Source: the human T2T-CHM13v2.0 reference genome, Homo sapiens. From it: 64,000 nt of DNA. Below, one piece after another: positions 25,785 through 41,098 of this stretch; positions within the stretch are counted from its first letter, which is position 1, and each line of letters begins with the position of its first letter. The notes under the pieces were generated by a model. That model searched no databases and was not told the origin of the DNA. It was given only the letters and a program-made list of their open reading frames with translations. The stretch lies in NCBI RefSeq assembly GCF_009914755.1, contig NC_060937.1, one strand, 5' to 3'. The position numbers and the translations under genes were made by a program.

Positions 25785-28130
25785 AGGTAGAAATTTACCC
25801 TGAAGACATATCTCTAGAAGTACAAAATACTATAAGGCACAAGGAGGCATTGTTTATAATAGGAGAAGCCAGGAAACAACTCAAGGGTTCATCCCGAGGG
25901 TACTGGTAGAATAAACAGTGGCACACCCATCCACTATGCAGCCAGAGAAGAGGATGAACAAAGAGAGCGGTGTTGGAATGATCCCAAGGATAAGTCGTTT
26001 TAAAAGAAAAAATACTGTGTAGAATGATATATATGGTGTGCAACATTTGGTAAGGACAGGGAAAAATAAGAAAAATATGTGTAAGTTTACGTATGTGTAT
26101 TTGTTTATTTTTTCAAAAAGAAACAGTGGCAGTATAAATCAGAAGCTGACACAAATGGTTACTAAGTAGAAAGAAAAATGGGCAGAGAGGCTAGGGAAAG
26201 AAATAATTTTTTGTGTGAACCTTTTTATTTAATTTCAATTTTGAGCCATGTAGATATTTTACCTATTTTAAATAAAAAACTACAATAAATGAATATAACT
26301 GTATGCCAAATTGGTACCCAATCACAAGAGAACATAATTATTTCAAGTGGCTTTTTAACACAGAACTCTGTGTATATACTCAAGACAAAGGAAAATCTAA
26401 TGTGAAATTTTGACAGTAGTTTTGTTAGTACTAATGTTGAAATATTAATTTTGAAATTATTATATTCATTGTATAGGATAAATAAATATATTGTATACGA
26501 TAAATAATTTTGACATCATTGTAGTTATATACGTATGGGATAAATAAATATATTGTTATTAGGAACCAAGCTTGTTAATGTTAAAAAGAGAGAGAAAAAT
26601 AATTTAAGAAAACCCTATAATATTAAATATTAAATTTTGATTTAAAAATAATTTTTTTAAACTTTGACAACGGACCAAGAAAATAATACCCCAGTGACAA
26701 TAAAAGCCTCTATCACCCAAATATTGGTTACTACAGACTATTTTATACTCAAAGGATCTTGCGTTGCTTAGATAAATGGTGGTCCATCTATGTTAGAACA
26801 ATTTCAAGATGAGCCTGAGACATATTGTGCCAGAAACCAAATAACTGATCAGACATTAACAGTAGGTTTTCAGAATAACTCATGAATGAACTTATGGGGA
26901 CTCCCACTTTGCAAGTTTGGAAAAAAAATTCACTATATTTCCTTCTTTTTATGATTGAATAGTATTCTATCATATATGTATATATACTTCAAAATATCAT
27001 GTGCATATTAAATACATACAATTTTATGTCACTTAAAAAATAAATCTGAAGATATTTCATATTTGTTTACAAAGCATAAATAAGTATATGAATTCACACT
27101 TACACCAAAAAATTAAATTAAATTTACTAGATATAATTGTTATACAATTCTTACTCTGAAAAAAATGGTGGTCAAATGACAATGATTATGCCTTTACCTT
27201 TACGTTGCTGGAGTAAGAGTAGTTCATTCCCAGCTAATAAATTTAGAAGAATGATAGACTCCTACAACCCCTAATGAATTCAGTAAAACTGTTGATTCAG
27301 CCAAACATCATCACTGGATGCTAGGATCTTTATAACAGGGGGATCTGTCTAACATCAACTTGAGTATCAATAATAGTGACCTCATGGGCCTCTAGTGTGT
27401 TGCAATATGAAGTCTACAGCATCATCTATGAGGTATCCTTGCCAAAATGAGTAAGCTGAATCTCATCAAGCATTTACGCTTACCTTCCTTATTCCAGAGA
27501 AAATAACACAGAGAAACAAACTAGCCAATACTTTGAAAAATCACTCAGATCTATCCTGAACACAGGTACTCTACAAGACAACTGGCTGAGTCTTCCAAAC
27601 AGACTATATCGTGGGGAGAGGGTAACTAGGGAGATTGTTCTAGATTGGGAGAGACTAATGACACACAATAACCAATGCAATGCAATAACCTTGATTGGAT
27701 CCTGGATAAGAAAATTACTAGGGATGACAAAACAGGAAATCTGAATATGAACAGAATACTAAACGAGGCTAAGAAAGTATTTTTTAATATTCTAAGGAGA
27801 ATAATGGTATGTGACTATGTCAGTGGAAGTCCTTATTCTTAGAGGTGAGGTAAAATGATGTCTGCAGCTTCCCTTCAAATGGTTTAGATGGAAATAAATA
27901 ATATATATGTATGTCTGTGTGCATATATATATTCTATATTCACGCACACATAAAAGTATGTTATATATGTATGTATGTGCACACACGTGTGTTCCCCTGC
28001 ATTTGTGCATGCACACCAAATATAACAAACTGTTAACAATCATTGAAGCTGGATAGTGAATAAGGATGTTTATTGTTCCAGTTTTTAAATGTTTCCGTAT
28101 GTTTGAACACTTTTATCACAAAAATCAGAA
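25785..28130 (+). mobile_element. Old L1M (L1MC-ME class) 3' region, highly diverged
   Basis: gcattgtttataatagga...ggaaacaactcaa...; aaccaatgcaatgcaataaccttgattggatcctgg; gtttccgtatgtttgaacacttttatcacaaaa. Confidence 0.6.
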
Positions 28131-28248
28131 AAAGTACAGAGAGCAGGATCCACCCAGAGAGATTCAGATGAGCCAGGATGGGGCTTGGGCATCAGTACTC
28201 TTAATAAACTCCCATGTGATACTGATCTACAGCCAGTGTTGAACATTG
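28130..28248. mobile_element. MER5A1-like MITE, right part
   Basis: ccacccagagagattcagat...ggggcttgggcatcagtactcttaataaactcccatgtgatactgatctacagccagtgttga. Confidence 0.65.
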
Positions 28249-28885
28249 CCCTCACCCATCATGCCCCACCATCCTGCCACCCAACCTCACTAGATTCTGG
28301 CATCTCCTGGCCCTACAGACACCTCCTCAGAGCTCTTGATGCCTCGTTGAGCCCCTTGAGTCAAGACTCCTGGGGAGCTCTTTCTTCAACTCACTATACA
28401 GGCCTTTTTGGACGGCCAAACAAAATCCCACCAGGAAGACATTCATCAAAAAGAGAGGTGTCATGGAAAACTGCAAAGGCAGACAAATGTGAACCATAGG
28501 GGAAGATATGGGCCTAATATGGGAAGCAGCAACACTAAACAAAGCCGTAAACAACTCAATGAAAAGACCTAGGGAAAAAAGCAAAGAAAGTGGAAAGCTA
28601 TACTGATGAGAGTCCCAAAAGTACCGCTAAGCCATGAGGTCATGCTTAGGATTTATTCATGTCAGCGTCATGAGTAGTGTTAAATGAGGAGAGCTATCAG
28701 AGAGACCTTTGTTTCAGGGATTCAAAAGCTGGGACCCAGGGACACAGGACATAAGTAGATAGGCCTAGGCCACTACCAGTGTTTTCACTAGAAGAGAAAG
28801 TAATTTTGGAAGCAGCACAGATGTGTGTCCCCAGCTGCTCTGCCTCCCCTTCCCCTCACAAAGACGTCATCCAGAACCCTGGTGA

Positions 28886-29356
<471 letters not shown>

Positions 29357-31059
29357 TCAGGATCAGATTCCAAATCGTTAGTCCCTATTTTTCCACAACT
29401 GACCTGCTTGAGCCAGCACCTGCTGTGGGGGTTGCATGCCTGTTTGGAATCTGCTTGCCCACAACTTCCTTCCACAAATGGGCTTCTCACTTCACAAAGG
29501 AAAGCCATACTTCTCAGTGGTCAGGAATCTTACTGTGGGGCATTGCCTACAGGTGGAAAATCTTATCAAAGGGAAGTTCAAAATATTTGTGTTGGCAAAA
29601 TCTCCTTTGCCCAAGGGACCATACTCTTCACCATTTTTTATCCCATCCATCTCCAGAAGAGATGTGTACCTTAGAAAATTAGTTTTTATAGTTAACAATT
29701 ACTAAATATTTTGAATAAAAAAATCTATTTGATTCATCATTTACTACTAATAAGCATAGTAAAACTAAATGCAGAAGAAAAAGTTTAACCCTGGGAACCT
29801 TATGTCCCATGAAAATTATTTAATTAAGTTTTTATTTGTAATCATATTTTGTTGCCAATAACTATGTGTTATAGACTTGATCCAAGTGGAAATGTTTACT
29901 TATATTAATTTATACACCCTTGTATTTTGCTGTAAAAATAGTCTAAAGTATATATGTTGTACATACCCAAATGCTTCCGTAAGACTTGAAAGCGTGTCTT
30001 TGAAATTGAGGACGGGAATGTCAGGGAACAGCTTCTGCTATATCGAGTGTGTTCTGAACAAAGTTAATGGAGTGTAAATTCATCAGGCTCCTAATCAAAG
30101 GTTTGTCTCATCTGGCTTAAAGGCAATTAAACATAAAATCCAAGATGTCTAACATAAGCAAAAAGAACAGTTTAGCTTTTTTGGAGTAGCCTAAGAAAAC
30201 GGCTTTCTGCTGAAGAAACCTTATTCTGGCATTTAAAAGTTAGGTTTCAATGGAATGAAATCAAACGTAAATTGACAAAGACAAAATAAGAAACCATCAA
30301 TGATTGAAATATTGTTTGTGATTACACAAATTCATGGGATATACTAGAGTCATGAGTTTTGTTCTCCTGGGATGTATTTGCAATTAAAAGCAACAGATTA
30401 AAAAGCAACTTAATTTATTCACAAACTCACCCAAGAAAAATGCCATCCAACACACTGAAGATTTCTATTCATTCAGGAATTTGCTAATTTCCCTGTAGTA
30501 TATGAGGCTGGTATTTTTATACTCAGCCCACATATTAGTAACAGGACTTCTGATCCTAGCTGAAATTCTCTTTTATTATCCAAAGGCTCGTCAAACTGGA
30601 TTATCTCGAAATCCTAATCACATCTCATCCCTCCACTCCACCTCTGACTTTCAGCAGATATCTTGACCTTTCATCTCACAGCTTCCTGCTAACAAGCCCC
30701 TAGCCCATATGTGCCCACAAATATCATTTCCCCTTGCATAGATATTATGACAGCGGGAGTAGCTCATCATATAGAGCGCTCTCCCCAAAATAACCAGTCT
30801 TCATCTTGTTGTTAAAGCCAGTGAGTATCTTTCAGTTGTTATATGACTGCCAAATGACTCTTTGGCAGCATTTTACACTTCTGAAAATCAAAATGCAACT
30901 TTTTATAAGCATTTTGATTTTAATAGAACTATTTAGTTACATGCCCTACATGGCATTTTCTCTAGCAGGAAAATGAACAGTTTGGTCTTAGAAAGATTTT
31001 TGATATAAATATTTCAAAAATAAATGATAGCAAATACTTATTGAGGATGTAAATATTCC

Positions 31060-31260
31060 AATATTTATTTTAAATACTTCATATTTATTAAAGCATTTGA
31101 TCCCCCAGATAACTCTGTAAGATGGGTATTTATACTCTCTCCATTTTACAGATGCTGAAGAGAAAGTGTAAAAAAATTGCTCCAAGTCGCAGAGGTGGCA
31201 AGTGTTTGATCTCAAGTTGCCTTAGCCTGCCCTTTACCTACCAAATGCTGCCAAGTTACC
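31060..31260 (-). mobile_element. MIR relic
   Basis: taactctgtaagatgggtatt...ccattttacagatgctga...tgctccaagtcgcag. Confidence 0.6.
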
Positions 31261-34200
31261 TGTAAAATTCACTTGACCAGACACATCGAGCAATCAGATT
31301 AATTGAGATTTGATTTTAAGATGGGCAGCATTACAAAGAATTTATAGACAGGTAGTGAGATACCTAGAAAGACAGACGGATGGTAAGAATGAGCTGATTA
31401 AGAAGACACCTCCATGTGAAGTAGCTATCAGTTGGTATACCAAAACCAAATCACAGAAAGATTAAAGAACTTGGAGGTTATCAAATCAAGCCTGGAACAG
31501 AATTTTCTAGGTCATATGCAGCCAACAATGTTTCCTACTAGACTGAGAAGAAGCTACATTTTCTTTTAAGCACTTTGCTAAGTAAAATTACAAAGATGGT
31601 AGAAAGAAGAATGCAAGGTTAATCAATAATTAAGTTAGAAAATGAAGTTTTGCTTAAGATATTAGATAAAAGCATTCAAGCAATTAATTGAAATGCATAT
31701 AATGCTGCTGCTATAGAAATTTAGGTAACAGGCAGATTAAGTAAAAATTGATTTTTCTTGCAAGACACTAACACCCAGAATATCAAGGGGTGGACAAAAA
31801 AGAAATAGTACTAAACAAATTTTTTTGAACCCAGGTGATCAAAATGTTATACAGTTTTCCAAATTCAAACACTATGAAGCTGTCCTTAGATAATGGCCCT
31901 ACCATTTTCCCATTACTTTGCAACTTTCATATTGCTCTACATCTTCAAAGTTTTTCTATTAGAGATAGCGGATATCACTAGTAGCTTTAAAATAAGTGAT
32001 TCTTGACCCCCATCCGGATATTAAGTGTTTTGCATGTTCAGACTCATGTTAGGTTTAATTTAAAGAGCTAGTGGTTAGGCACTCCATAGAATAAGTGTGA
32101 AACAATAGTCATTTACGTGAATTAAATGTTTGACATTAGAAGTGTTTTGAGCCTAGAAACAGACACATAAATGATCGTAGTTAATGGAAATACTGCCATG
32201 CTTAAGATCATTCAGCACTTCTCCAGAATGCAAAGTATATTTAGAATTAGATGCAGATTTACATGTGAATAAAAGATTTTCTCCAGCCTTACTCTCCAAC
32301 ATCCAGAGTAACAACAGAACAGCAATGAGAAAGAGAAAGTGACATGAAAATAATTTGAAGGCAAAAAGCAAGAATGAGAAATGTTCATGCTCAGGTAAAT
32401 TCTGAGAACAAGGTAGTGCTATAAAGAGGGGAAAGAATAGAAAGAAGTATTAATTAATAGTCACTAAAAATTAAAAAGCTGTCCCACTTGAAAGTATTAA
32501 CTGGGTTATTAAGAGAAAAGAGGAAAAATTACTGTGGACTGTGCGGTGTGGATCTGGGACAAAAGGTAGTATAGGAAAGCATAATTTATGGAATAGAAAG
32601 CTATATGGAGTTTTAAAAATAAGCAGTAATTTTGACCACCAAAATAGAGATGATTATACTCTTAAGAGGAAAATGTTGAGTTGTAGCCATAGTGGGGTTC
32701 TGTTACAGCAAAAGTACAAGACAATGGAATATGCAGCTATTAAAAATTAGAAGAGACAAGGCCAATTTTCTGTAGTACTGGAAGGTTTTGGTATTCACTA
32801 AAATTAAAGATTTAAACAAAAGGAAAGTCATCAAATGTCTTTTACCCTTAGAATGCACCAGTATGGATACAGTTCTGGAAATGTACTGTACAGGCATGAG
32901 TTCAAGTCCTCTGATGGGCCAGATGGATTTTTATCTCCTCATCCAGGAGCAGGAGGGCCAGCACATTTCTTGCTTTTAATGATCTGAGGCTTCCAATGTT
33001 TTCCTTTTGTCTTTCTCTAGCATCTCTGGCTTGTTCTTGAGCCTATTTACTCTTGTTTCATCTTCCTGTTATTTATATATATTCATAGCAAACATTCTTC
33101 TGCATTCATTTTAGGAACAAAAGCTTATGATGGTATATAAAATTCTTATCTTTACCTTCCTTCTCTCTATATTGAAAAATAATTCCTTTACCTTTTATTC
33201 TTAGAAATACTATTTCACTACTCTAGTATTCAGAACATACCTCAATTTCTCCAGGTTAAGTTTCTGAAGTTCAGCAAACTACATGGAATTCCAATAATTC
33301 AAAGTAGAATAACCATATGGTTTCACAACACACTGTTATTGTTTTTTGTTTATCTCTTTTGAAAAACTTTAAACTGTGGATTGCTTCATCTTTTGGTAAG
33401 CTAAACTCACAGATATTATTGTTTAATATGTACACTTGATCAACTTTTCCCATATTGCATTTCTATTGAAAATTTATTTTGCTAAGGTTATCAAGCTAGT
33501 TCTCCAATTTGTTAGTCAATTATATTTTTGGTTTTGACAAGTAAGAAAGCTTTTATTGAATTTTCTTATTACACATGCATTTATATTATTTAAAAATACA
33601 TATTCATAGAAAAAAGAAAACATAGAAAACCGTAAGAGTCACTCAAAATATCTCAACTTGCAGATAACCATTGTTAACATTCTGCTATGCATCATCATTT
33701 AGAATCATAGAGCCAATTCTCAAAGAGTAATAGACACAACGCTTCACCTACTGTTGTATAAAAACTGGCCCATGAATTAACATAGAAAGAAAATGCTGGT
33801 TCATGATAACTATTGCTGTATGTGTGTCTCCATCAACCACTGGATACTACCTATTCTTCTGGGGATATGGGATGAAATATTCTCTCTCAGGAAGACACCT
33901 GGATAGCAGGGCAGAAAAGCCATTTTACATTCAGCCTTTTTGACAAAGAAGTAAGCACTTGAAAAATTATTGACTTTTTCTGTTTTATTTTCTAGTATAG
34001 CATTCAATTGATTTGAACTGTTTCTTTTTAAAATATATTTTGCATAGTGTGTCATGGTGTAAAACACACAACCATTATTTCAACAAATATTCATTGTCTA
34101 ACTTTCCTTTTGGCAACTGATGCTGTGGATATAGTCGATGAAATTTTAACTTTAAATAAAAGCTCTGTCATATCTTAAGAACTCTAAAGCTATACAATTT

Positions 34201-34369
34201 TAAAATTCTCAAATTTCAGGGGAAAGCTTGCATGGAGATTGGATTATTTACTTCTCACCCAAACCAGCTCTTCTCTCTCAATTCCCTGTGTCCATGGTTA
34301 CCAGCATCATTCACTTGCTTATCTAAGCTAAAGAGGCCTTGGATCTTTTCTCTCCCTTCATCCCAACCA

Positions 34370-34945
34370 TTATAAAGTATACAGTTCAGTGGCATTAATT
34401 ATATTCAGAACATTGTACAACCATCACCACTACTTTTTCCAAAACTTTATTCATCATCCCAAACAGAAACTACCGCACCCATTAAGCAAGAACTCCCATT
34501 TCCTCCCTCTCCTTTGCTACTGATCATCTCTAATCTACTTTAGGTCTCTATGAATTTCCCTATTCTAGGAACTTCACGCATGTGGAATCATACAATATGT
34601 GTCCTATTGTGTCTGGTTTATTTCACTGAGCATAATGTTTTCAAGGTTCATTCATGTTGTAGAACTTCACTCATGCATCAGAACGTCATTTCTCAAATAT
34701 TCTATTGTATGTAGATACCACATTTTGTTTATTCATTCATCTGTTGATGGACATTTAGTTTCTGTCCACCATTTGGCTACTGTGAATAATGCTGCAATCA
34801 ACACTGGAGAACAAGTATCTGTTTTCGTCCCTCCTTTCAGTTCCTTTGGGTATATACCTCGGAGTGGAATTATTGGTCAGTATGGTAATTTCATATTTTT
34901 TTGAGAAACTGTAAAATTGTTTTAAAACATATTTGCAACCATACT
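34370..34945 (-). mobile_element. L1MB-like 3' fragment
   Basis: tacagttcagtggcattaa...ggaatcatacaatatgtg...ttcattcatctgttgatggacattt...agtggaatt. Confidence 0.88.
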
Positions 34946-35529
34946 TCAATTTTATATCACAATTTAATAGTTAAATACCAACAGTAATCTTTTAATAAAA
35001 GTACCTAACTCTTATGGATCATTTCCTGTATGCCAGCATCTCATCTAATTTTTCTCAATGATTCTGTGCAGTAATTACCATCATTAGCCACATTCTACCA
35101 AGAAGAAAACTGGGACTAACAAAAATCAAGCCATTTGTCCCATCTGGTGGTAGACGGGATTGGCAGGTAATTCTGTCTGTATAAAATACCTAAAGAAGAT
35201 TTAACTGTTGTCATTTTACAGGTAGAATCAGGGCCACAATGGCTAGAACAATTTGCTTTGAGGTAACAAGCTGAGTAAGTAACTGCAGGGTCACTAGAAC
35301 TGCAGAGTTACACTAGAACTCACTTCTTAATGACTTGCCCAGCTCTTCCATTGCACCAGGATGCCTGCCTCACTCATATTATATATATATACATATATGT
35401 AAAAGATAATATTGTGATCATTGTATAGCTACACATTCATATTTACTCTTAAACTGAAGTCCATTTGTCTCATAAGTAAAAAGAGAGAAAAAACTGGAGA
35501 CCAAGATTATTACAATTATAATAAACCTG

Positions 35530-35770
35530 AAGTATTTATGGAATAATGCATTTGTACTAAGCATCACACCAAATGTTTTACACACATTATCTTAACTTCA
35601 CAATAAATCTATGAGCTAAGTGTTATTATCACTTCCTCTTTCTGTATGAGGTATAAAGTAGATATCAGAAAAACCAATGAACTTGGAAAAGTGTACACAA
35701 CCACTAAGTTGTAACGCAAGGCTTCAACTCTCAGTGCACCCAAAGTCAAAGCCCATGATGTTAACTCTTC
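35530..35770 (-). mobile_element. MIR relic
   Basis: cacattatcttaacttcacaataaatctatgag...ccaaagtcaaagcccatgatgttaac. Confidence 0.55.
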
Positions 35771-36369
35771 TTATTCTGTAAGAGTTATCTATCATAAGGA
35801 AGAAAATCAGATGCAAAGAGGATTTGTATAACTTTTACTCACACTTAAAACCATAAGAAACCCTAACTCAAAGAATCATGAATGCTTATGATTTTATTAT
35901 TTAAAATTTTTATGTCTTAATGTTCTATTCTTTTTGTTACAAGTGTTAAATTCATAAAATGTTGGTTGATCCTAGATTCCTTCTAGGAAAGGCAAAATGG
36001 GAGAAATTCCTCACCACTGAGCAATGCCAATGACTTGAATGAAGTGACTAAAATAAATTAACACGAGTGGTGTTCACAATGAGATTGTTAGAAGTGCTAC
36101 ATATTTTTTAACAATGATTCTTTTGCATCATGTTAGCTATGGAGTCTCAGCTGGCAGCTATCAGCTGTCTCTAGCTGTAAATGACAGCACAAGTGAGCAG
36201 GGCTCACCTACACTTGCTCTGCTCCCACTGATCCCTCCATCCCCATCTCGCAGCGGTGGGGAAGCACCTGCCCCTTCCAGGAAAGAGAACACCTTTCTGA
36301 ACACTGCCTGCCCCAGCTCTCACAGAGAGGCAGTGGGTTCAGTGTCATAATGCGGTCTTCACTCCACAT

Positions 36370-36570
36370 CCCGGATATCCAATCCTGACTACACCCCTTA
36401 CTAACAAGGGAACCTTGGACACGTTGCTTAACTTCTCTGTGCCTCGGCTTTCTCATCTATAAAAAAGATGATGATAGAAGCATTTAATCCATAAGGCTGT
36501 TGAGAGGGTGGATCCTTCAAATAGTAGCCCATACTAGGAGCTCAGTAGCTGTCGGCTAATATCATTACTT
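36370..36570 (+). mobile_element. MIR
   Basis: accttggacacgttgcttaacttctctgtgcctcggctttctcatctataaaa is the MIR core. Confidence 0.75.
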
Positions 36571-36690
36571 TTATCATTAACACTATCTCCCAGGAAAGGT
36601 TAGCCATTCAGGAACTCCAGCCCCAGTAAGAAGGTGGACAAATATGCCTGTGGCTGACAAGTGGATTGGCCAAGTAGAGGTAGGAGGTCC
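36480..36690 (+). repeat. Donor copy of a ~210-bp dispersed direct duplication (second copy at ~38305-38526)
   Basis: Shared blocks aatagtag.ccatactagga.ctcagtag, ggttagccattcaggaactccagccc, acaaatatgcc, ctgacaa. Confidence 0.9.
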
Positions 36691-37070
36691 CCGCGGTGTT
36701 ACTGTTAACAGAAAGCTGAAGTTGATTCTGTAATTCCCATTTGGCTCTGAACCCACATTCTATTGAAAGGAAGTTTAAACTTGTTCTAGCAAATCAAACT
36801 TACTGGGCTTTTAACCACATGACTCACCCCAATGTGAGTGCTAATTCTGAAAAACTCCACCCTCACTTCCCCATGAACACATGTTATCACTCTAGAGTCA
36901 CTGAAAACAGACAAAGGGAAATGAAGCATGAAGCTCATTCTAGGTCACTGGCAAACGTATGTGAAAAAGTGCTGTCTTCTGAAGAGAAGTGATTTATGTT
37001 GGAAAAGGTTAATGGCATTCTCTTTGACATAGGCAGGCTTTTCAGTAATACTGAGTTCTCTTAAAATTTA

Positions 37071-37554
<484 letters not shown>

Positions 37555-37924
37555 TTAAAACTTCCCTTTAAGGATTTTTTTTCACTCCATGTTGAGCTGA
37601 TTACTGAGGACATTGACTAAACTTTGAAGCAGAGCAGTTCATTAATAAATTTGATGTGATACAGTTTTACATGTTTAGAAGAATTCCACAGAGTGGACGA
37701 GCGTTGAACCTGGCATCAATTCTCTCCTTTAGCAAAACTTGGAAAAATATTGATATTAAAACTCTGTTACTATTGGAAGAGATTTCTGTCTCTATTTGAC
37801 ACGAATAAAGAAATGTATATTACATGAGTATTTCCCTTCCTCAATTCCTTACAATGTGTACACACTAGTTCTCTTTGGGAAGAAACAAGCCAAGCACAAG
37901 TTTCAAAAAATTCTTACTGATAAT

Positions 37925-38120
37925 GCACACAGGAAGGGGAACATCACACACCGGGGCCTATTGTGGGATGGGGGTAGGGGGGAGGGATAGCATTAGGAGA
38001 TATACCTAATGTAAATGATGAGTTAATGGGTGCAGCACACCAACATGGCACATGTATACATATGTAACAAACCTGCACATTGTACACATGTACCCTAAAA
38101 GTATAATAATAAAAAAAAAG
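37925..38120 (+). mobile_element. L1PA 3' end, ~200 bp, heavily 5'-truncated
   Basis: cacaggaaggggaacatcacacaccggggcct...gggatagcattaggagatatacctaatg...A tail. Confidence 0.95.
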
Positions 38121-38220
38121 AATTAAGAGCCAACCTGGTAAATTAAAGTTCTCCATTGCAGATCTATTCTATTGGGTAATAAAATGTGCTTTCCTTGGGC
38201 CAAAATCAGCAATAGAGTGT

Positions 38221-38928
38221 TACATTAGTTTCCTGTTGCTCCTGTAACAAATCACCACAAATGTAGCAGCTTAAAACTACATAAATTTATTATCTTACAG
38301 TTCTAGTATCTCATATTTAAGGTTTTAGAGAAAGTAGAACCTTGAATAGTAGTCCATACTAGGAACTCAGTAGTTGTTGGCTAATATTATTACTATTGTC
38401 ATTAACATTAACACTTACTATCTCACAAAAATGGTTAGCCATTCAGGAACTCCAGCCCGGGGAAGAAGCTGAACAAATATGCCCATGTCTGACAAAAGGA
38501 CTGGCAAAGTGGAGGTAAATGAGTCCAAAATGGGTCTCACTGATCAATAGTCAAGGCAGGGCTGTGTTCTTTCTGGTGGCTCCAGGGAAGCTGGGTCTAC
38601 CTGCTTTTTCCTGCGTCTAGAGGTTGCCTGCATTCTTTGGCTGGTGGCCCCTCCTCCATCTTTGCCCGAAATGATGGGTTGAACCTTTCACGTATCACAT
38701 CCCTCTAAGCTCCTCTTCTGCCTCCCTTCTCCAATTTTAAAGACCTTTGTGATTACATTGGGTCCACCTGGATAATGCAGGCTCATTTCCCTAGTTTCAA
38801 GCCAGCAGTCTGGCAAATAAATTCAATATGCAAATTAATACCCCCTTTGTCAGATAACTGAACATATTTATAGGTTTCTGGAATTAGCCTGTGGACACAT
38901 TTTGGCAATGACGGTTCTACCTATCACA
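38221..38928 (-). mobile_element. MLT1C/D-like MaLR solo LTR, interrupted at ~38305-38515
   Basis: attagtttcctgttgctcctgtaacaaatcaccacaaa...cttacagttct | gtccaaaatgggtctcactg...gtgattacattgggtccacctggataat...ttctacctatcaca. Confidence 0.88.
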
Positions 38929-40775
38929 GGTAGAAAATAAAAAACAAGAAAAATAAAGTAAAAAGAGAGCGTACAAGGGAAAGCCAAATGCCCTAGGATG
39001 ACACTTTCAAACATCACATCCACCTGTCTTAATCTAGGTTGTTGAAGTGAACAAACAGCTGAGGGCATGGTATATTTAAGCTTCTGTGAGGGAAGGACAG
39101 GCCTCCCTCAGCCCAGGACTGAAATCCACTATACCCGAAGGCTATAATAACAGATCAAATGCTCAGATTTTACTCTGAAGGGCTGTTCATAGTGTAAATG
39201 TTGCCCAAGAGCCATTAAATACATTTGCCCCCACTTTTTGCTTAAATGGAAATTCCACCAAGTGAATAAATGCATAGCAAAACTAGGTGCATTCTTGCAT
39301 TGTGGACAGTCAACACACCTAAAGAGTGTGACTCAAAACTAATTGAAATTAAAAGCAAAATTCTCCAATTGATGTGTTTCTGGTGTCCCCTCATAGACAT
39401 GAATTCCCTCCTTTGCCTCTCCCTTATGTTTCTGCCTAAAGCAGCAGGCAATGAAGGCTAAACCTCTGAAAGTGAGCAGCTGAAAAATTGGGATATATTG
39501 CTGGCGTACTTGCTACTTGTGAAATATCTCCTGTGCCAATAATGAAATCCATCATGTGACCAGCTGTCTTTGCAAACCAAAGAGGTAGAGCAAGTTAAAT
39601 TTCTATTTCAACTGATGCTTTTTATAAAGAAACCACAGCAGCTCTCATTGTTTATTTAAAATTAGTGCAAATGAAAGCTTTTAATTGTCTCTGTGATGTG
39701 GCTTCCTTCCTGCTTAAGATGAGCTCATGGTGCCTCCTCCATGATCCTCTCCCCTCCCCAGCCTGGTCTGCTGTCTCAGCCGTATGCGCAACTCATTCTC
39801 ATCTCCATGGTGTCACTCATGTTATCTGGCCTGAAATTGTGCCTTTTCTCTAAGCCATTTCAATAGAATAAATTGGAATACTATTTTCTATATGAAGCTT
39901 TGGTCAAATACTACAACTCAGATTAATATAAAACACTCCAAAATCCTATAGTATTTAATGCCACGGAGATTGCTACCTAATTTGTTTATGTTTTCTTTTT
40001 AATCTTCTAAGATGTTCTAGGCTTTATTTGACTGCATCCCACATCTTGTTTCGTAATTTTCTTAGGATTTAAGGCAGAACCTAATGTTCAAACTCACTGG
40101 TAATCACGGAAACACAAATTACAACAGTAAGAAATGATCAAATAACGTGAGATTCATCGAAATAGCAGAAATAGGAAAGTCAATATTACCAACTGTGACT
40201 AAAGATAGGAGGAATTAAGTACTCTTACGTCCTTGTAAAGTTGTGCAGCCATTCTGGATCAGATTGGAAGGACTTGGGAAAATAAGTTTTTTTTGTTTTG
40301 TTTTGTTTTGGTTTTTTTTGCCTTAAGACACAATACACTCTCTCCTGAATATCCCAGAGATATTCTCACAACATCCATCAGCAGACACAAATGGGAATGT
40401 TTTCCATGGTCTCCTATGTGGGAATGGGGAGTTGGCGACCACCCCAGGGTCCATCAGGGGAGAGGAATTGTGAAATATACTGGAAACACACTGCAGAATA
40501 GTGTGCGGCAGAGAGAGACAACACGGGGAGATCTTACACACATAACATTAAAAGAAGAAAGAAAATACAAAATATTTTCTACCACAGTACTACTTTTGTA
40601 AATTTAAGACATATACACATAAAACATTACATATTGGTACATTTTAAGACATAATTAACTCAATCTGAGGTCCAAACTAAAGCAGCTAATGACAGACAGA
40701 TGTGGACATACAGAATCTAGCAATGTCATGTGAAAGTCATAGGCAGTTTTCTGTCTCGTCTCTTAAAAGGCATAC

Positions 40776-41098
40776 TTTTCTTTCTTTCTTTCTTTTTTTT
40801 TTTTTTTTGAGACAGAGTGCCCAGGCCTGAGTGCAGTGGCATGATCTCAGCTCACTGCAACCTCTGCCTCCTGGGTTCAAGCAATTCTGCCACAGGTAAT
40901 TCTTCTGCTGCAGCCTCTCAAGTAGCTGGGACTATAGGTGTGCATCACCACATCACTTGGCTAATTTTTTGCATTTTTAGTAGAGACAAGGTTTCACCAT
41001 GTTGGCCAGGCTGGCCTCGAACTCCTGACCTCAAGCAATCCACCCGCCTCAGCCTCCCAAAGTTCTGGGATTACAGCTGTGAGCCCCTGCACCCGGCC
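40776..41098 (-). mobile_element. AluS/J with small internal indels
   Basis: Antisense Alu with extra aattctgccacaggt in the right arm. Confidence 0.94.

Noticed and set aside
28603-28635. Hammerhead-ribozyme-like CTGATGAGAGTCCCAAAA
   Set aside because: No closing stem II and no GAAA core follow; stems I and III not found
37965-37987. G-quadruplex-like G runs
   Set aside because: Standard G-rich tract of the L1PA 3' UTR
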